A DNA stretch of 64,000 nt from Octopus sinensis (GCF_006345805.1 NC_043003.1:44454001-44518000), one strand, 5' to 3'; positions 39,022 to 52,919 are shown, counted from the stretch's first letter. Numbers and translations: made by a program. Notes: generated by a model not told the origin, from the sequence alone.

Positions 39022-40141
39022 TTGTGTGTGTGTGTATATATATATTACTTATTTGTTACATATTTTAGTAAATGAATATTTATATGTATTATGTATTTTT
39101 TTATATATATATATATATAGTATTATGTCTCTATGTATGTATATATTTGGGCATGTATGTGTTTGTGTATCTATGTATGCATGTATGTGTGTCTCCATAG
39201 CTATTTTATATAGATATATGTATATTATAAGCAGTACGATATATTATATTCGTCTAATAAACTATGTACTTTTAGTATAGGAAAAGAATAATTATTATTT
39301 TGATATTGAAATCCTTTGGACGTTCTAAAGTTACTTATATTGAATAATCTTAAATGTAACCATATGTATTTAAATTAAATTTTAAACTAAACCCTATTGT
39401 AAATAGGATTTGTTTATAGTTTTATATATTTCCTTCGCAAGTATGAATGCATTGGACTATAAACGCATTGATATAAAGTGAATTATTTCATCTGGACAAT
39501 AAGACATTTTTATTTATCGATCTAAATATTAGCATAGATAAAGATTATTCTGGCATAAATGATATTTATTGAGCACCTCATTAGAGACATACTTTGTAAA
39601 TTACCTTTGTGAAACTATCATCCTTGTATTCTTCCGTAAACATAAATGCCTATAAACATTACGATGCGATCTTTAATTTTAATTTTAATTTTAATTGTAG
39701 CATTATTATTCTTAGAATGGAAGTGAGTAATTATGAAAAGAACATTTAAGAAGTCCTTATGGTTAAACTTTGTTGGAAAATTGGTCAATTCAACGTTTAT
39801 TTAATTCCTATGATAATTATGTTATGATAATATGTTTTAGAACGTTTATTTCTTCTATAAACTACATAATTTTTAATTCTTTATTTTTGTTTTTTAGTAA
39901 GAATTATTATGTATAAATAATGAAATGTAATTTATAATATTATTTGTTATTTGGATAGAGATGATACAGTATTTTAAATGCATTATTTTGCTATTTACTG
40001 AAAGAGAAATAGCGTAGTGTTGTTATAATAACATGTACTTTTTAATAAAATGGAAGAATGACAGGTTATTTCTTATTTCACCATGGTTTTTTAACCATTT
40101 TTAGAAATTATTTGTTCCTAGTATACACGGTTATATATATA

Positions 40142-40304
40142 AAGGCTCAGGAGAGGGTGTGTGTTAAGTAGTTTGATTACCGACCACATGGTTCCGGGTA
40201 CAGTCCCACTGCGTAGTACCTTGGGTAGTTGTCTTCTGCTATAGCCTCGGGCCGACCAAAACCTTCTGAGTGGATTTGGTTAACGGAAATTGAAAGAGGC
40301 TTGT

Positions 40305-40353
<49 letters not shown>

Positions 40354-40583
40354 TCTTTACTCTTTTACTCTTTTACTTGTTTCAATCATTTGACTGCGGC
40401 CATGCTGGAGCACCGCCTTTAGTCGAACAAATCGACCCCGGGTCTTATTCTTTGTAAGCCCAGTACTTATTCTATCGGTCTCTTTTGCCGAACCGCAAGT
40501 GACGGGGACGTAAACACACCAGCATCTGTTGTCAAGCAATGCTAGGGGGACAAACACAAACACACACACACACATATATAATA

Positions 40584-40618
<35 letters not shown>

Positions 40619-40778
40619 CGACAAGCTTCTACTAAATCCACTCACAAGGCATTGGTCGGCCCGGGGCTATAGCAGAAGACACTTGCCCAAGATGCCACGC
40701 AGTGGGACTGAACCCGGAACCATGTGGTTGGTTAGCAAGCTACTTACCACACAGCCACACACACACACACACACACAC

Positions 40779-40839
<61 letters not shown>

Positions 40840-41045
40840 TATATATATAATATATATATATATGTATATGTATGTGAGCGTCCGTGTGCGTGTGTGTATG
40901 TTGTGACTCTCTGTTTGCTCCCACCAACATTGTTTAATAAACGAGCCCGGTTTGTTTACGTCCCCGTAACTTAGCGGTTCGGTAAAAGATGGCGGTGCTC
41001 CGACATGGCCGCAGTGAAGTATCCGAAACAAAAGAATAGAAGTAT
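40142..41045 (+). mobile_element. Older SINE family A copy split by an opposite-orientation copy of the same family
   Basis: Head half 40142-40307 and tail half ~40890-41045 lie on the plus strand, flanking microsatellite and the inner copy. Confidence 0.75.
40353..40757 (-). mobile_element. tRNA-headed SINE, family A (inner, better-preserved copy)
   Basis: Near-identical to 28879-29322 and 32154-32591. Confidence 0.93.
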
Positions 41046-41689
41046 AAAAGAATATATATATTGTATATTATATGTATTTATATTATATATAATACTGTAT
41101 AAATATTTATATTAATAATGTGGTTCTAGAGGAGTTTTGGTAAAGCTTAGAAAAAACTAGCTTACATTCAAAATCCATTTTCAAATCAATTTCTTTCTCT
41201 GTGACACCTTTCCATGTAAGGACCAGAAGGATGAAAACTCTTTTCATTATTTTTTATTTTTTATTTATTTTTTTGGTGTTCTTAACCATTTCGAAGTTTG
41301 ACTCGTTTTCTAGCATGAACATTAGTAGGTCTTTGTAGTATTCTGTCTACATTAATACTGCAGTACGTCCTATATCGGCTTCTTTAATTGCCAATTCTTT
41401 AACATTGTGCAATTCAATTAAGTTTTTCTATTCAGCAGTACTGAGAGTTGAATTAATTCTTTGATTGTGTAAGGTATTAGAAGAGAAGTTCAGATTGTGA
41501 TCACAAAAGTCGTTGTGTGCTTTATTCCTACCTTTAGGTGGAATATAATTGCTTTTGTTTTTAACAAATGACACATTGTCGTTATTATAGTTAAGTAGAG
41601 TTTCCATAACTCGCATTTTAAGCAAAATTCTGTTATATTTCATTCTAATATATTTGCATAGGGTTGGAGTAAATTTCAATCCTCACTTT

Positions 41690-42090
41690 TGTATTCTTTT
41701 ATTCTTTTACTTGCTTCAGCCATTCGATTGCGGCCATGCTGGAACACATCGTTGATGTGTGTCAAACAAATAGGCCCCAGGACTTTATGTGTTTTAAGGC
41801 CTAATACTTATCGTGTCGGTTTCTTTACTAATGCGTTAAGTTACAGGGATCTAAACGCACCAACACCGGTTGCCAAGCGGTGATAGGTAGAAGAACACAG
41901 ATAAAACACACATGCACACACACAGATGACGAGCTTCTTTCGGTTTTTGTCTACCCATTCCATTCATAAGGCATTAGTCCGCCTGCGGCTATAGTAGAAG
42001 TCACTTGCCCAAAGTGCCACGTTGTGGTATCGAACCCGGAATCATTTGGTTGGGAAGCAAGCTTCTTAACACGCTGCCACGCCAGCGCCA
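41690..42090 (-). mobile_element. Diverged SINE family A copy
   Basis: Colinear head, body and tail with many substitutions. Confidence 0.85.
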
Positions 42091-43107
42091 ATTTTGACTT
42101 TCGTTGTTGAAAATGTTTTTCTGACAATTTTATCAGTTTGAATTTTTCCTGGGAGACTAAATATATTTAATTTTTTAGGAGAATATGTTTCTGTCTAATC
42201 ATTTTAAAACGCATTTACGTGGTTCAATTTCCTTTGTTGTGAAATAAATATATTAACTTCAGCGGTGGATGCAAGTTGATATTTTTAACTTACTCTGACC
42301 GACTGTGAGAAGAGAAAAATTGACACTTATTTTGAATATTTCAATGAAATAAATTCATAAATTGTGCAGCAAATATTAGTGTTATGTGTTATGTGTACAA
42401 ACAAGTGCAAAGTTAATATTGATAAAGAGTGAGTCTAAATACAGATTAGGTTAAGATTACAGCTTATTATTTTACACCGGGTCTATGTCTCATTGAAAAT
42501 ATTTGAAATAATCTTCCAGATATATTCATATTTTTGTACGTCTTAAACCTCCAGTATTATTAATATTTCAGAAGCTTTGAGTTCATTTGATGTAGAATAT
42601 AATCCTCCATAATACCCAGGCTGAATATTTGGAACCATCGGCTTAAGCTTTGTTTTGGTTTTATAATGTCCCAAATGATACTAAAATTGTTAATCTTCTC
42701 ATTTTATTTCAATATTAAACTTGAAACCTTCGCGCTCTTCCTCTTATCTATTTCATAGAAAGATAAAGTGTTGTTATTGCAGCGACTTTTGAAGTTCACC
42801 TACTTCTCAGACATTGTCACATTACCAGTCTTCTTCAACTAAAATAATAATAAAATACATTAAATTATTACTATGTCGATTATTATTGCAATCTTATTCA
42901 TTCTTATTATTTTAGTTTATAATGCGGAGAGGAGAGCTTGTAGAATCGATAGCTTGCTAGGCAAAATGCTAAGCCATTACGTTCTGAGTTTAAAATCCTT
43001 TTCGCGGTCTATAAATCAAGTACTAGTGAAAGACTGGGATCAATGTGACCGAGTAGACCCCGCCACCCTTCGAAAATGTTGGGCCTTGTGCGTTAAGTAA
43101 TAAAGAT

Positions 43108-43330
43108 TATTATTATACCTTATATAAGGTGGTAATTTTGCAGAATCATTCGACAACGGGCAAAATGGTTAGTGGCATTCGCCCTTTTTTAAGTTTTAAT
43201 TTAAAATCCGATTGATGTTGACGTTGCTTTTTTTTAATCCTTTGGGTGTCATTGAAATACGTACCGGTGGAGCACGTTTTCTATGAAATAGGTACCAGTC
43301 ACGTATTGTGGTCGATATATTCGACTAGTC
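43108..43330 (+). mobile_element. Highly diverged SINE family B copy
   Basis: AAGGTGGTAATTTTGCAGAATCATT...GGCAAAATGGTTAGTGGCATT...TAATCCTTTGGGTGTC...TACCGG resembles family B. Confidence 0.55.
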
Positions 43331-44099
43331 CCAACCCCAAAATTTCAAACTTTATGCCTTTGGAAGAAATCGTTATTATAGGTTATATACGTTTGACAGG
43401 TGAATCGTAACTGTCATCTGATTATATTGAGAAAATTTTATTAGAGATATTTCAATGGAATATAAATAAACAAATCAATGTATAGATATAATTTATCTGA
43501 TATCACTAATACAAATATATCATTCTTTGAATGGTCTGTGCAATGTTTAATAATTAATCTATTTTCATTTATACATTCGGCACCAAAGTGATAATTCATA
43601 GACAGGTGTTCGACAACATCAAGTTTTACATAGAAGACTCGGGGCAATGAAAAAAGAACAGTCGCTTATCGTCTGACCCTTCCCATACAGTTCCTATGAT
43701 ATTGAAAAAACACGACAGCGACATGAAGACTTTGATTCCCACACATATTCAAAACATGCTCCTATCAAAATAACATATAGTGTCAACAGAGGAAAAAAAA
43801 AAAATTTAATCAAGGAATTAAAATGTTATCACCAACTGCACCCATATTCAACAGCAGGAAGGAGTCTTGAGCTAGGAAAAGCATCATTTGAAGATCAGCA
43901 TGACAATATTTCAAAGAGCGTCAGGGGAAAATGGGTAACCAAAAAAATGAAACAGAACCCGAAAGCATAGGACCTTTGTTTCTCTTATTGGTCCATTTAT
44001 ACGTGATAACGGCATTCTCCAGTATGACGTTATATAAAGGGCAGAACAGCAGTAGAAACCACATAGCTTTGTGGTTAGTAATCCCACTGATATTGACGC

Positions 44100-44320
44100 A
44101 TGGGATCTGTGCGAACTTTATCCCCCAACATATAATTTCGAGCATAATTATTTCTGCCTCAGGAATCATAGCAGCAATAAATGCAATTCTGCAGCAGGCC
44201 CTGATGGATCCCATGCTAGTGTCCTGAAGGAATGCAGACACCAGCTTGCAACCCCTATGATCAACTTCTAGAAAAAGCGTCACCCCAGACTTCAAAGAGG
44301 CAAGCGAGTCTCTTGCAGTT
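44100..44320 (+). mobile_element. CR1-like LINE RT N-terminal fragment
   Basis: NSAAGPDGSHASVLKECRHQLATP in ORF 44071-44271. Confidence 0.7.
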
Positions 44321-44329
44321 AACTATTAC

Positions 44330-45170
44330 TCAATGTCATTCACCTTCCATATCATCAATGTGTTTAACATTCTGGTGAGTTGAAGGACAACTGGTTTCCT
44401 GGAGAGTCACAACTGTTTAGAATTCCAACCCGCATAGCTTTCGTTGCGGTAGGGACGGTCTAGTACAGCTTTTACATCATATCAATGATGTCCTTAAAGC
44501 TTTGGATCAGGTTCGAAGTCTAATGTATCAAAAATCTTTACTGTAATTAAGAGATTCCGCATTTGGGTAAGCTAACAAAGTTGAAAACCCTGGTTTGTTC
44601 GCATCGTAATCACCCTGCGCTCCGCTCTCTTCACTGGGTTGGCAAACATAGTAAGACATCATTCAGAGTCATTAAAGCTAGGGTCTACATATGTGGCTGG
44701 GCATCAGAATTTTGCAAGCTCACTCCAAGTGATGGTACGGTCGCTTGCTACCTCCGGTATAAAATGGCTTACTTTTCGTGCAAAGAGTACAGTTTTCTGC
44801 CGCCATAAATTCACTGATAAAAACGAGCAACACCCGACTTGGCCATTAATGATCCTCCTACGACCTAATTCTAGACTTCGTGTGCTCGTCCGTCTTGAAT
44901 CTTCCAGCATGCATTGCCTTGTTGTATAGGCCACGATCGACTGTATTTTGTGGGTTATGATCTGCTTGCATCGATATGCCCAGATGAGTCCAGTTAAGAT
45001 GATCAATGCAATCCCAGGACACGTGGCAACGTTCACATTTCAAATGTCTGTAATGGCTACCAGCTCTTGACTGAAAATGGAGCCCATCTGCAAACATCGT
45101 TATTTTAGTGTTTCCTGCTGGAGTACACACCCTAATATCAATTAAAACAATTTTCACCTTTCCAGTAAGT
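44330..45170 (-). mobile_element. CR1-like LINE 3' fragment (RT C-terminus and 3' end)
   Basis: Minus frames give ITMFAD, HLGISMQAD, FARKVSHFIPEV..TITWSELAK and C-terminal remnants. Confidence 0.6.
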
Positions 45171-46443
45171 AACTAAGTGTCTCGAATTAGTCGCTCGCAA
45201 GAAGGAATCAACAAGACAACCACTGTTCCCATCTATTGACTAGGGAAGATACTGGAAAGGATCGGCGAGAAAGGAAAAACCTGTTGAGTCTGACTCTTCT
45301 CTGCTTTTTTGAGGGCTAATTGCTGGCATAGCATTCGCGTTGTTCCGTGCCGGCAGCCCTTCCTGTCGACGTGACGTATAGTCCATTTGCATGTCGTGCC
45401 GGGGTCGTCCGCCGGCCGTTTTGGCGCATTTGCAACGATGAAATAACGCTCCATCTTTTGTTTTCTACCTCAATCGATGGAGATATATGCGGACGTCACC
45501 CAGCGGGGTTTTATTATCAGGTACGAAGCACGCAGTGCAAGGCAAGCGCCTTAACGGATATGGTACAGCCGATGCACGACTTAAACGAGAACAGTTTTGG
45601 AGTGTTTGACTAGTTGTGGGAAGTGTAACAAACAGAAAGTAGAGCGCAGCATGTATGGAAAACACACATCGAGCAACAGCGCAAAAGTTTGCTCGACCTT
45701 GATTTTCCGTACCGAGAATACCTATCGATACATTTCGATCAGTAGTAAGCTATGCGTCCTAAAAAGTATCAATTGCCTTGTTGCAAACTGTACGCAATGG
45801 CTGCTCTCTGACACTTCATGTCACGTGGAAGCAGAATTCGCAAGGAGGCGGAGTGTAATAATATTTTAAGACCAAAAGAGTTATATAATTTCCAATTCTA
45901 GCATGGCAACGTGTTAAAAATCTAGCTACCTATGTGCTTTTGCATTCAGTCCCACTACGCAACAACATAAGAAATTGGCTTCTAACATATCCCGGTTTCG
46001 ACTAAAAATTTGAGAGTGGATTTCATACACAGCAAGTGAAAGAAGTTCAACGTATATAAAAATGTGTATATATGGTCTAAATATACAGAATATAGTGCAA
46101 CTACGAGGTGAAGGAACAACAAATCGGGTTAAAACACTCATATGAAATGGACGAAATAATTAACATTTTTAGCACACGTTCATTTGCAGAAAAGAACGAG
46201 GAGAGAAAAATGCATTTGTATACCTATATGTATGATTGTTTGTGCTTTGTGTTCAAACCTTACACTCCTTGGAAACACTTGCTGGCTTTTTACTGTCCCA
46301 GTAATGTTCAGGTTCGTCAAGCAGTCACCTAGAGAATAAGTACCAGTCTTCAAAAAAAAAAGGAGCATTGAGGCTGATTTGCTCGTGCCGCCGCATGTCA
46401 GCATACGAAGGATTGGACGAAATAAAACAAATCTATGTACACT

Positions 46444-46489
<46 letters not shown>

Positions 46490-46491
<2 letters not shown>

Positions 46492-49400
46492 AGTCAAAAC
46501 AATCGATGAAGAGATCCTCCTCGTAATAAATAACAAGGCCGAAAGCCTACACATAGAGAAGATCTCCAAGTTATGGAAAGATGACTGCAACAAAGAGGAA
46601 CTAAAATCCCTACAACGCTGGGAAAAAAGTGCCGCCTGGTTCCTAAACTATGAATCGACTTTCAAAACGGATTACTCTTCCAATAACCCGTTCATAAAAA
46701 TGGGAAAACCAGGAACCCAACCACACAACTACTCCGCCAACCCTCCAACCTTGAACAAAAGAAGGAAACAGCATATTGAAGATGTACCTTCTTACCCCAC
46801 GTCCATAAGGAGGAACAAGAACCCTGGAAACTCTCACCACCAGAATTACATTAACGAATTTCCCTCTTCAAGGAGACGCTATACACAACAACTCAACAAC
46901 TACTCGAATACCTTATTAACAAATAAAAGAGGATCCCACTACCAGGATAGACACAACAACATCCACACCACGAGGGGACAACAAGGTAATTTTCACTTTC
47001 TCAACTCTCACAATACACAACAAACCCATACCACTCGATACAAGCACCCACGCAGGCCACTCATATCACCACAATCCATCACAACACAAAGAAACACACA
47101 CCAACACCCGCAATACAGGAACACCCCATTCTATCCACAACCACGAACCCGAACCATATTTCACAACAAGGAATATAAACAACACACAGGACCTCCTAAC
47201 ACCAACAGACAACCCCTCTACCCCAACCATTTTTTAGACACAGCACACAGATACAGGCAAACAAAATAACACAGGACAGGGAAGAGAAACATAAACTAAT
47301 TAAAGTCATCAATTTAACCAATACAGAACCCAACCCCAACCTTCTCAACTTACTCTCCAAAGGTCTGAAATTCACACCCCCCCCACGTCCAAACTACTAC
47401 GAAATGAAGGAAGACATTACAGAATTTTGTAGAAAATTGCGACTTAGTGAGGAACCATTCGACCAGCACAATGAGGATGAGTCACTAGCTAGAAATAAAA
47501 GCAACTACACCCCACGAAAAGGTAGAAATAAAATCCTAGACGAATTCTGTGAGCACATTACAAACTTCCCCTACCAACACTTACACAAACCAAAACCAAA
47601 CCAAACCTCAACAAGAAAGAGTGGGAAGAATTAAACAAATTAAAAAATGAAAGATCTATCACCATTAAAGAGGCCGATAAAGGAAGTGCAGTAGTCTTAA
47701 TGGAGACAGAATACTATATCAACTTAGCACTCTCACCTTGGAAAATGGAACATATTACGAAAAGGCTGAACACTACAATCAACAGAAAATTATGAGAAAC
47801 TTAAAAACCCTGATCAACCCCCACAAAGAAGAACTCACTAACAAAGAATTCAACTTCATCACAAATTTCACTAGAAAACCAGCCTCTTCTACGGTATTCC
47901 CAAAATTCATAAAAGCGAATTAATAAGTAAGGCATGCAAGGAAGCCACAAACTCTGTAATCAATGTCCCCTCACCAAATGACCTCAAATTGAGACCTATA
48001 ATAGCAGGTCCCGCTTGCGAAACCCACCGCCTTAGCAACTTCATTGATACCCTCTCAAGCCGTTCCTCAAACACATTAAAAGCTACATAAGGGACGATCT
48101 AGATATGCTCAACCACCTCCCCAATACACTTCTTGCTGAACAAACCCTGCTAGTAACATTCGATGTAGTCAATCTTTACTCCAACATCCCCCACAACCTA
48201 GGAATAGAAGCTATCCAATTCTGGCTGGATAATTACTCCAACGAACTCCCACACCGCATCAAAAAGGAATTTATTTTAGAAGGACTCAAATTCATCTTAG
48301 AGAATAATTTCTTCACCTTCAACAACAAATTCTACAGACAAAAATCAGGGACGGCAATGGGAACGAAAACAGCTCCCACTTACGCCAACGTAGTCATGGG
48401 ATACCTGGAAATCACCCTCTATAATAACGTTCTTAACCAATTTGGCACCACTCTCCACACACACATAGAGAAGAACTGGAAGAGATATCTTGATGACTGC
48501 TTCATCCTTTGGCCCGAAACCGTCGAGAAGCTTAACGAATTTCACACTCTTATAAATGGGCTCAACACAAACATTATTTTCACAATGGAATACAGCCCTC
48601 AACAAATTCCCTTCCTCGACATCCTCATTAAAATTCACAACAAAAATAGAAACAGACATATACTACAAGCCCACAGACTCCAAGCAATACCTCCCTTTCA
48701 ATTCATGCCACCCCCTAGACACGTTAAAATTAACATTCCCTACAACTTAGCCAAGAGAATTTGCACTATAGTCTCCAATAAAACAACCCGTCTCTTACGT
48801 CTACAAGAACTCAAGGGCATTAACAAGCAGGGATTACCCCACGTCACTAATTGACAATGGGATCCAACGCCCCTAAAACTCAGCACGCAGGAACTTAGAC
48901 GCCCTAAACCTGTTACAATCGAAACCCCATACTCTACCATACATCTCTACACACAACCCCCTCAACAATGAAGCTTTTGACACCATCCTCAGAACATTCC
49001 TGTACTACAAAAGGACCATAGAATGAACAAATCCTCCTAACACACGAAATCATAAAGAGCAAAAGGCAACCCAAATCATTGAAAACCATCCTAACAAATG
49101 CCAAAGTACTGCCAACCACAACAACTAAACCCACAGTAAACAAATGCATAGACCCAACTGTGGTATATGCATCAACCTAATAGAAGGTCCGGAATTCCTT
49201 TTTAAACAAGGACAACGTTTCACAGTAAAACAACTTCACATGCGCATCAGAAAACCTAGTATATGTCTTAACTTGCTCGGGATGTAATGAACACTACATA
49301 GGCCAAACAAAAAATAGCCTCCGCCAACGCATGACTGTCCACAGATCCCAAATAATAAAGGAATATAGAAAAATAGCATTTAGTGCACATATTGATACCT

Positions 49401-49537
49401 GTGCCGCACAACTCCATCCCAATTTTAGAATCTTTCCCCTCTACAAATTTAAAGACATTGCCACTCATACCCAGCGAATAACCATGGAATCCCACCTTAT
49501 TAATAAATACAGACCACTTCTAAACACATGCCCCTAA
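46490..49537 (+). mobile_element. Near-full-length, frameshifted Penelope-like retroelement with a Cys-rich linker (Neptune/Naiad-like)
   Basis: Starts after (TA)n. Low-complexity N-terminal ORF to 47269; VINLT..LLSKGLKFTP; RT motifs LLVTFDVVNLYSNIPH, QKSGTAMGTKTAPTYAN and WKRYLDDCF; linker KC..PNCGIC; GIY-YIG CASENLVYVLTCSGCNEHYIGQT.NSLRQRMTVH; stop at 49537. Confidence 0.95.
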
Positions 49538-50013
49538 CACGAACCCACAACAAACACACTTACACCTGCACACACCCTACACACACACCTTACCCAGATA
49601 TTAACACCATGACACACACAAAATATTTCCACCACACACACATAATTGAATACGGGTGCAAAACATCCAACACTATTTTTTGGAAATGGCTGTAAATATT
49701 GACTTCACACAAATACGTTGCTTCCCGATACAGGCACAAGCCAGCAGAACTATAAATATTGAAAATTGTACCCACACACACACACATATATACACGCGCG
49801 CGCGCCCAACATACATATAAACCACACCGCGCGCGCGCGCGCACACACATACATACATACAGCTCTCCCTGTTCTAAACGAACTTACTTATCCAGTCAAG
49901 CGGAAAATACACTCCCTAACTACGCGCTAAAAAGCTATTTAAAATATCCACATGACGTCTACTGACCAGCCTGAACAATAAGAATTTTTAACAAGACTAT
50001 TTTCGAAAATTCT

Positions 50014-50215
50014 AAACATTCACGTGACCTCTTTATTATGGCCAATAAGAAATTTTAGGCGGGACACTAGCCAAATTTTAACTTCTCTGGAGCCTTTTTT
50101 CTTACCCCAACACCAACTTCCATTCAAACATTCACGTGACCCCTTCATAATGACCAATCAAAATTTTAGGCGCGAAACCAAGCAAATCCAAAACAACTCT
50201 GGAGCCTCTTTTTTT
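50014..50215 (+). repeat. Two tandem ~88 bp units with a 112 bp period, downstream of the PLE
   Basis: Each unit reads AAACATTCACGTGACC...CCAAT..AAATTTTAGGCG.GA...CTCTGGAGCC; units at 50014-50100 and 50126-50215. Confidence 0.85.
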
Positions 50216-50372
50216 CACATATAAGAGACAGACTCTAATCTCTCTTTTATATTTTGATAAGCATAACAAATGCGCAACCGCTAAAAAGAACTTTCACCTA
50301 ATTAAATTACTTAAATTACTTCAATTATTTGTCAGCATTTTCTTCATTTCCTTTTTTATATATATATAATAT

Positions 50373-50417
<45 letters not shown>

Positions 50418-51099
50418 GTGTGTGCGTGTGCATTCATGTGTATATGTATATATATATAAATATATATATATATCTATACCACACACACGTATGTATATAT
50501 ATATATATATATATATACGTGTGCATATATGTATATATATATATATATACATATATGTGTGCATGTGTGTTTGTACGTGTTGTATGAATATGTAGCCATG
50601 CACACATACACATATACATATACATAGCTATAATTACTTCCAAATTTTGAATGTCCTCCGAGAGGCTCTATGCAGATTCTTCCTTAAATTTTCTTATTAA
50701 ACTTTTTTATATTTAGCACTTAATTATTTCATTTCCTGAGTGGTCTGTTGGTGGTCATGTTACGAAAGGCAACGATTTAATATGTTACGTCCAACACATT
50801 AATTCAGTCTCTAATCTGTTCAACTTTTACTCCGAATACTCGACGAAAAGAAATGTAATTTTCAGTTTCAAGAATTTGAATGCATGTTTCTGTTAAAATA
50901 CCCAGTATTAATTTAATACGAACCGAGAAACCAGCTAGCAATGTATTTAAGGAATATTTACCTGAAATTAGATTTTAATCTTATTATACTTATTATACTT
51001 AATTTTATTATAACTGGAATTCGAAAATATATTTTTTTTAAACTATAGAAGCCGAGTCGTGACTGTATGGTAAGAGAGATAGACATGGTTTTCGGCTGT

Positions 51100-52580
51100 G
51101 ATGTTTATTTATTTATTGGGGGGAAGGCTGTGCGATGTTTCCCCTCTTCTGTAATGGCGCGGAGTCAGTGAGGAGCTGCGAAATCTTGAGTTGTTCTGTG
51201 TCAAAAGTTGAAAGCTGCCCGGCCTAGTACTATGTGTCGTCGTAGAAAGAAATATTAGAGTGCCTGAAGAAAATAGACAAAGCTATGGAAAATAGAAGTT
51301 ATCCTACAGCGACCGAAGAAAAATACGAAGATATAAAAATGGAAGATGTAAGGGAGGGGAACGAAATGAAGGTGTTCCCTACCGAAGAAGTTTTCAAAGA
51401 AGTTGCGGAAAGAACAGTTATTTATAGAACTTACACAGTGGAAGCCAGAAAAATTGAAAACATGTCGACGGCACAAATAGAAAAGTTGTTGAGATTTTCG
51501 TACCTTGCGAGAGGAAAGAAATTTGGAACGGTGGAAGTGCGGTTTGGAAAGGTAGCTACCGCCAGTCTGCACTCAGCGACGCCACTGTGAAAGAATGCGG
51601 TAGTTCTTCTGCCCGTTTACAGTGGAGACGTTCTTCCAAGGTTATGGTAGAGGAAATACCCTAGGAGGTCGATGTAGCCTGGCTGGTGGCTGATATACTG
51701 CTAGGAATGGAGAAGTCATTGGTGGTACTACAGGCTACCACAACACTGCATAGGAACTGGCAGAGACAACCCCTTGATATGGTGGTACAAGTGGTGGAGG
51801 AAGATATAGAAAATATGGTAGAGAACATAACAGTTGGAGACACGACACTGAAAGTTAGAGTGGAGGAATGAATTCCGAGATGCTATAAATGTTAGAGCGG
51901 AGTGTAATCCACCACCAGAGGAAGTTAAGCAGAATGAGAAATTGGTATGTGCTGCACAGGTCGTGGAGGAAAAGGACATGACCATCGAAGATGCAGACAA
52001 ATGGCAGCTGGGAGATAGCGGAGAAGAAAAGGAAAAAGAAGAAATAGGACATATGTGGTAAAGAATGACCCCCAAACCGCACCCACCCGTCACCGACCAC
52101 ACCCACACTACCGCAACCACTTCCTACAGACACCAACCCTCACAATGCCCAGTCTGACAAAAAAACTAATTGCAAACACAAGGAGCCTCAAATTTACCCA
52201 CCACCACCTTGTAAGGAAAATTATACATTGACGTACAAAGGACAGGATGAGGATCTGGATAAGGAGGTAAATTCGGGTGACGGAGTAGTCATGGTGGATG
52301 TAGCTGGTGTAACTGGACTCTTATGAACATTTATTACGTTCTGGAGAACCTGTGGAAGTTGAATAAGTATATGGAATATTGTGACTGCGACTGGTGGAAG
52401 AAAAATATTGACACCAGCAAAATGCCGGAAAGAATACGGTTCGTCAATATTTTAAAGAAATGCAATGTAGATATTTTTTTAAAGACCTGGATTAACTGTT
52501 GTTAATGAACTGTTGTTAAATGAAAGATGTATAAATTGTTGTTTCAAATGGTAATACAAACGATATAGAAATAATTTTAA
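51100..52580 (+). mobile_element. Possible internally deleted Tx1/L1-like LINE (ORF1 remnant plus 3' end)
   Basis: Purine-rich ORFs 51285-51590 and 51686-51871 run into IPRCYKC (broken zinc knuckle), then a Lys/Glu- and Pro-rich stretch and an A-rich end near 52580. No endonuclease or RT motifs seen. Confidence 0.45.
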
Positions 52581-52746
52581 AAAAAGTTTCAAAAAACATT
52601 TGTTGCGGAGGTGGGGCCGAGGGGCTTCATTCCTTCTTTTCATTATATTAATTCATTACCTTCATTCGTTTTTTCGACCCCACCTTCTACTGTCCCCTTT
52701 ATGTAAGGCCATTATAGCCAATTCCACAAAATACAGAAGCCTGCTG

Positions 52747-52818
<72 letters not shown>

Positions 52819-52919
52819 CATACATACATACATACATACATAATATATACATACATACATATGTATGTATATATATGTATGTATAGATATATGTATATCT
52901 ACGTATGTACATATCTATG

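Noticed and set aside
42549-42680. 132 nt minus-strand open frame (YHLGHY...QPGYYGGLY...) between AG and GT
   Set aside because: Weak acceptor and donor, peptide unrecognised; expected by chance in 64 kb.
44100-45170. Twin-priming inversion of one CR1 copy
   Set aside because: The fragments meet tail-to-tail, whereas twin priming gives head-to-head junctions.
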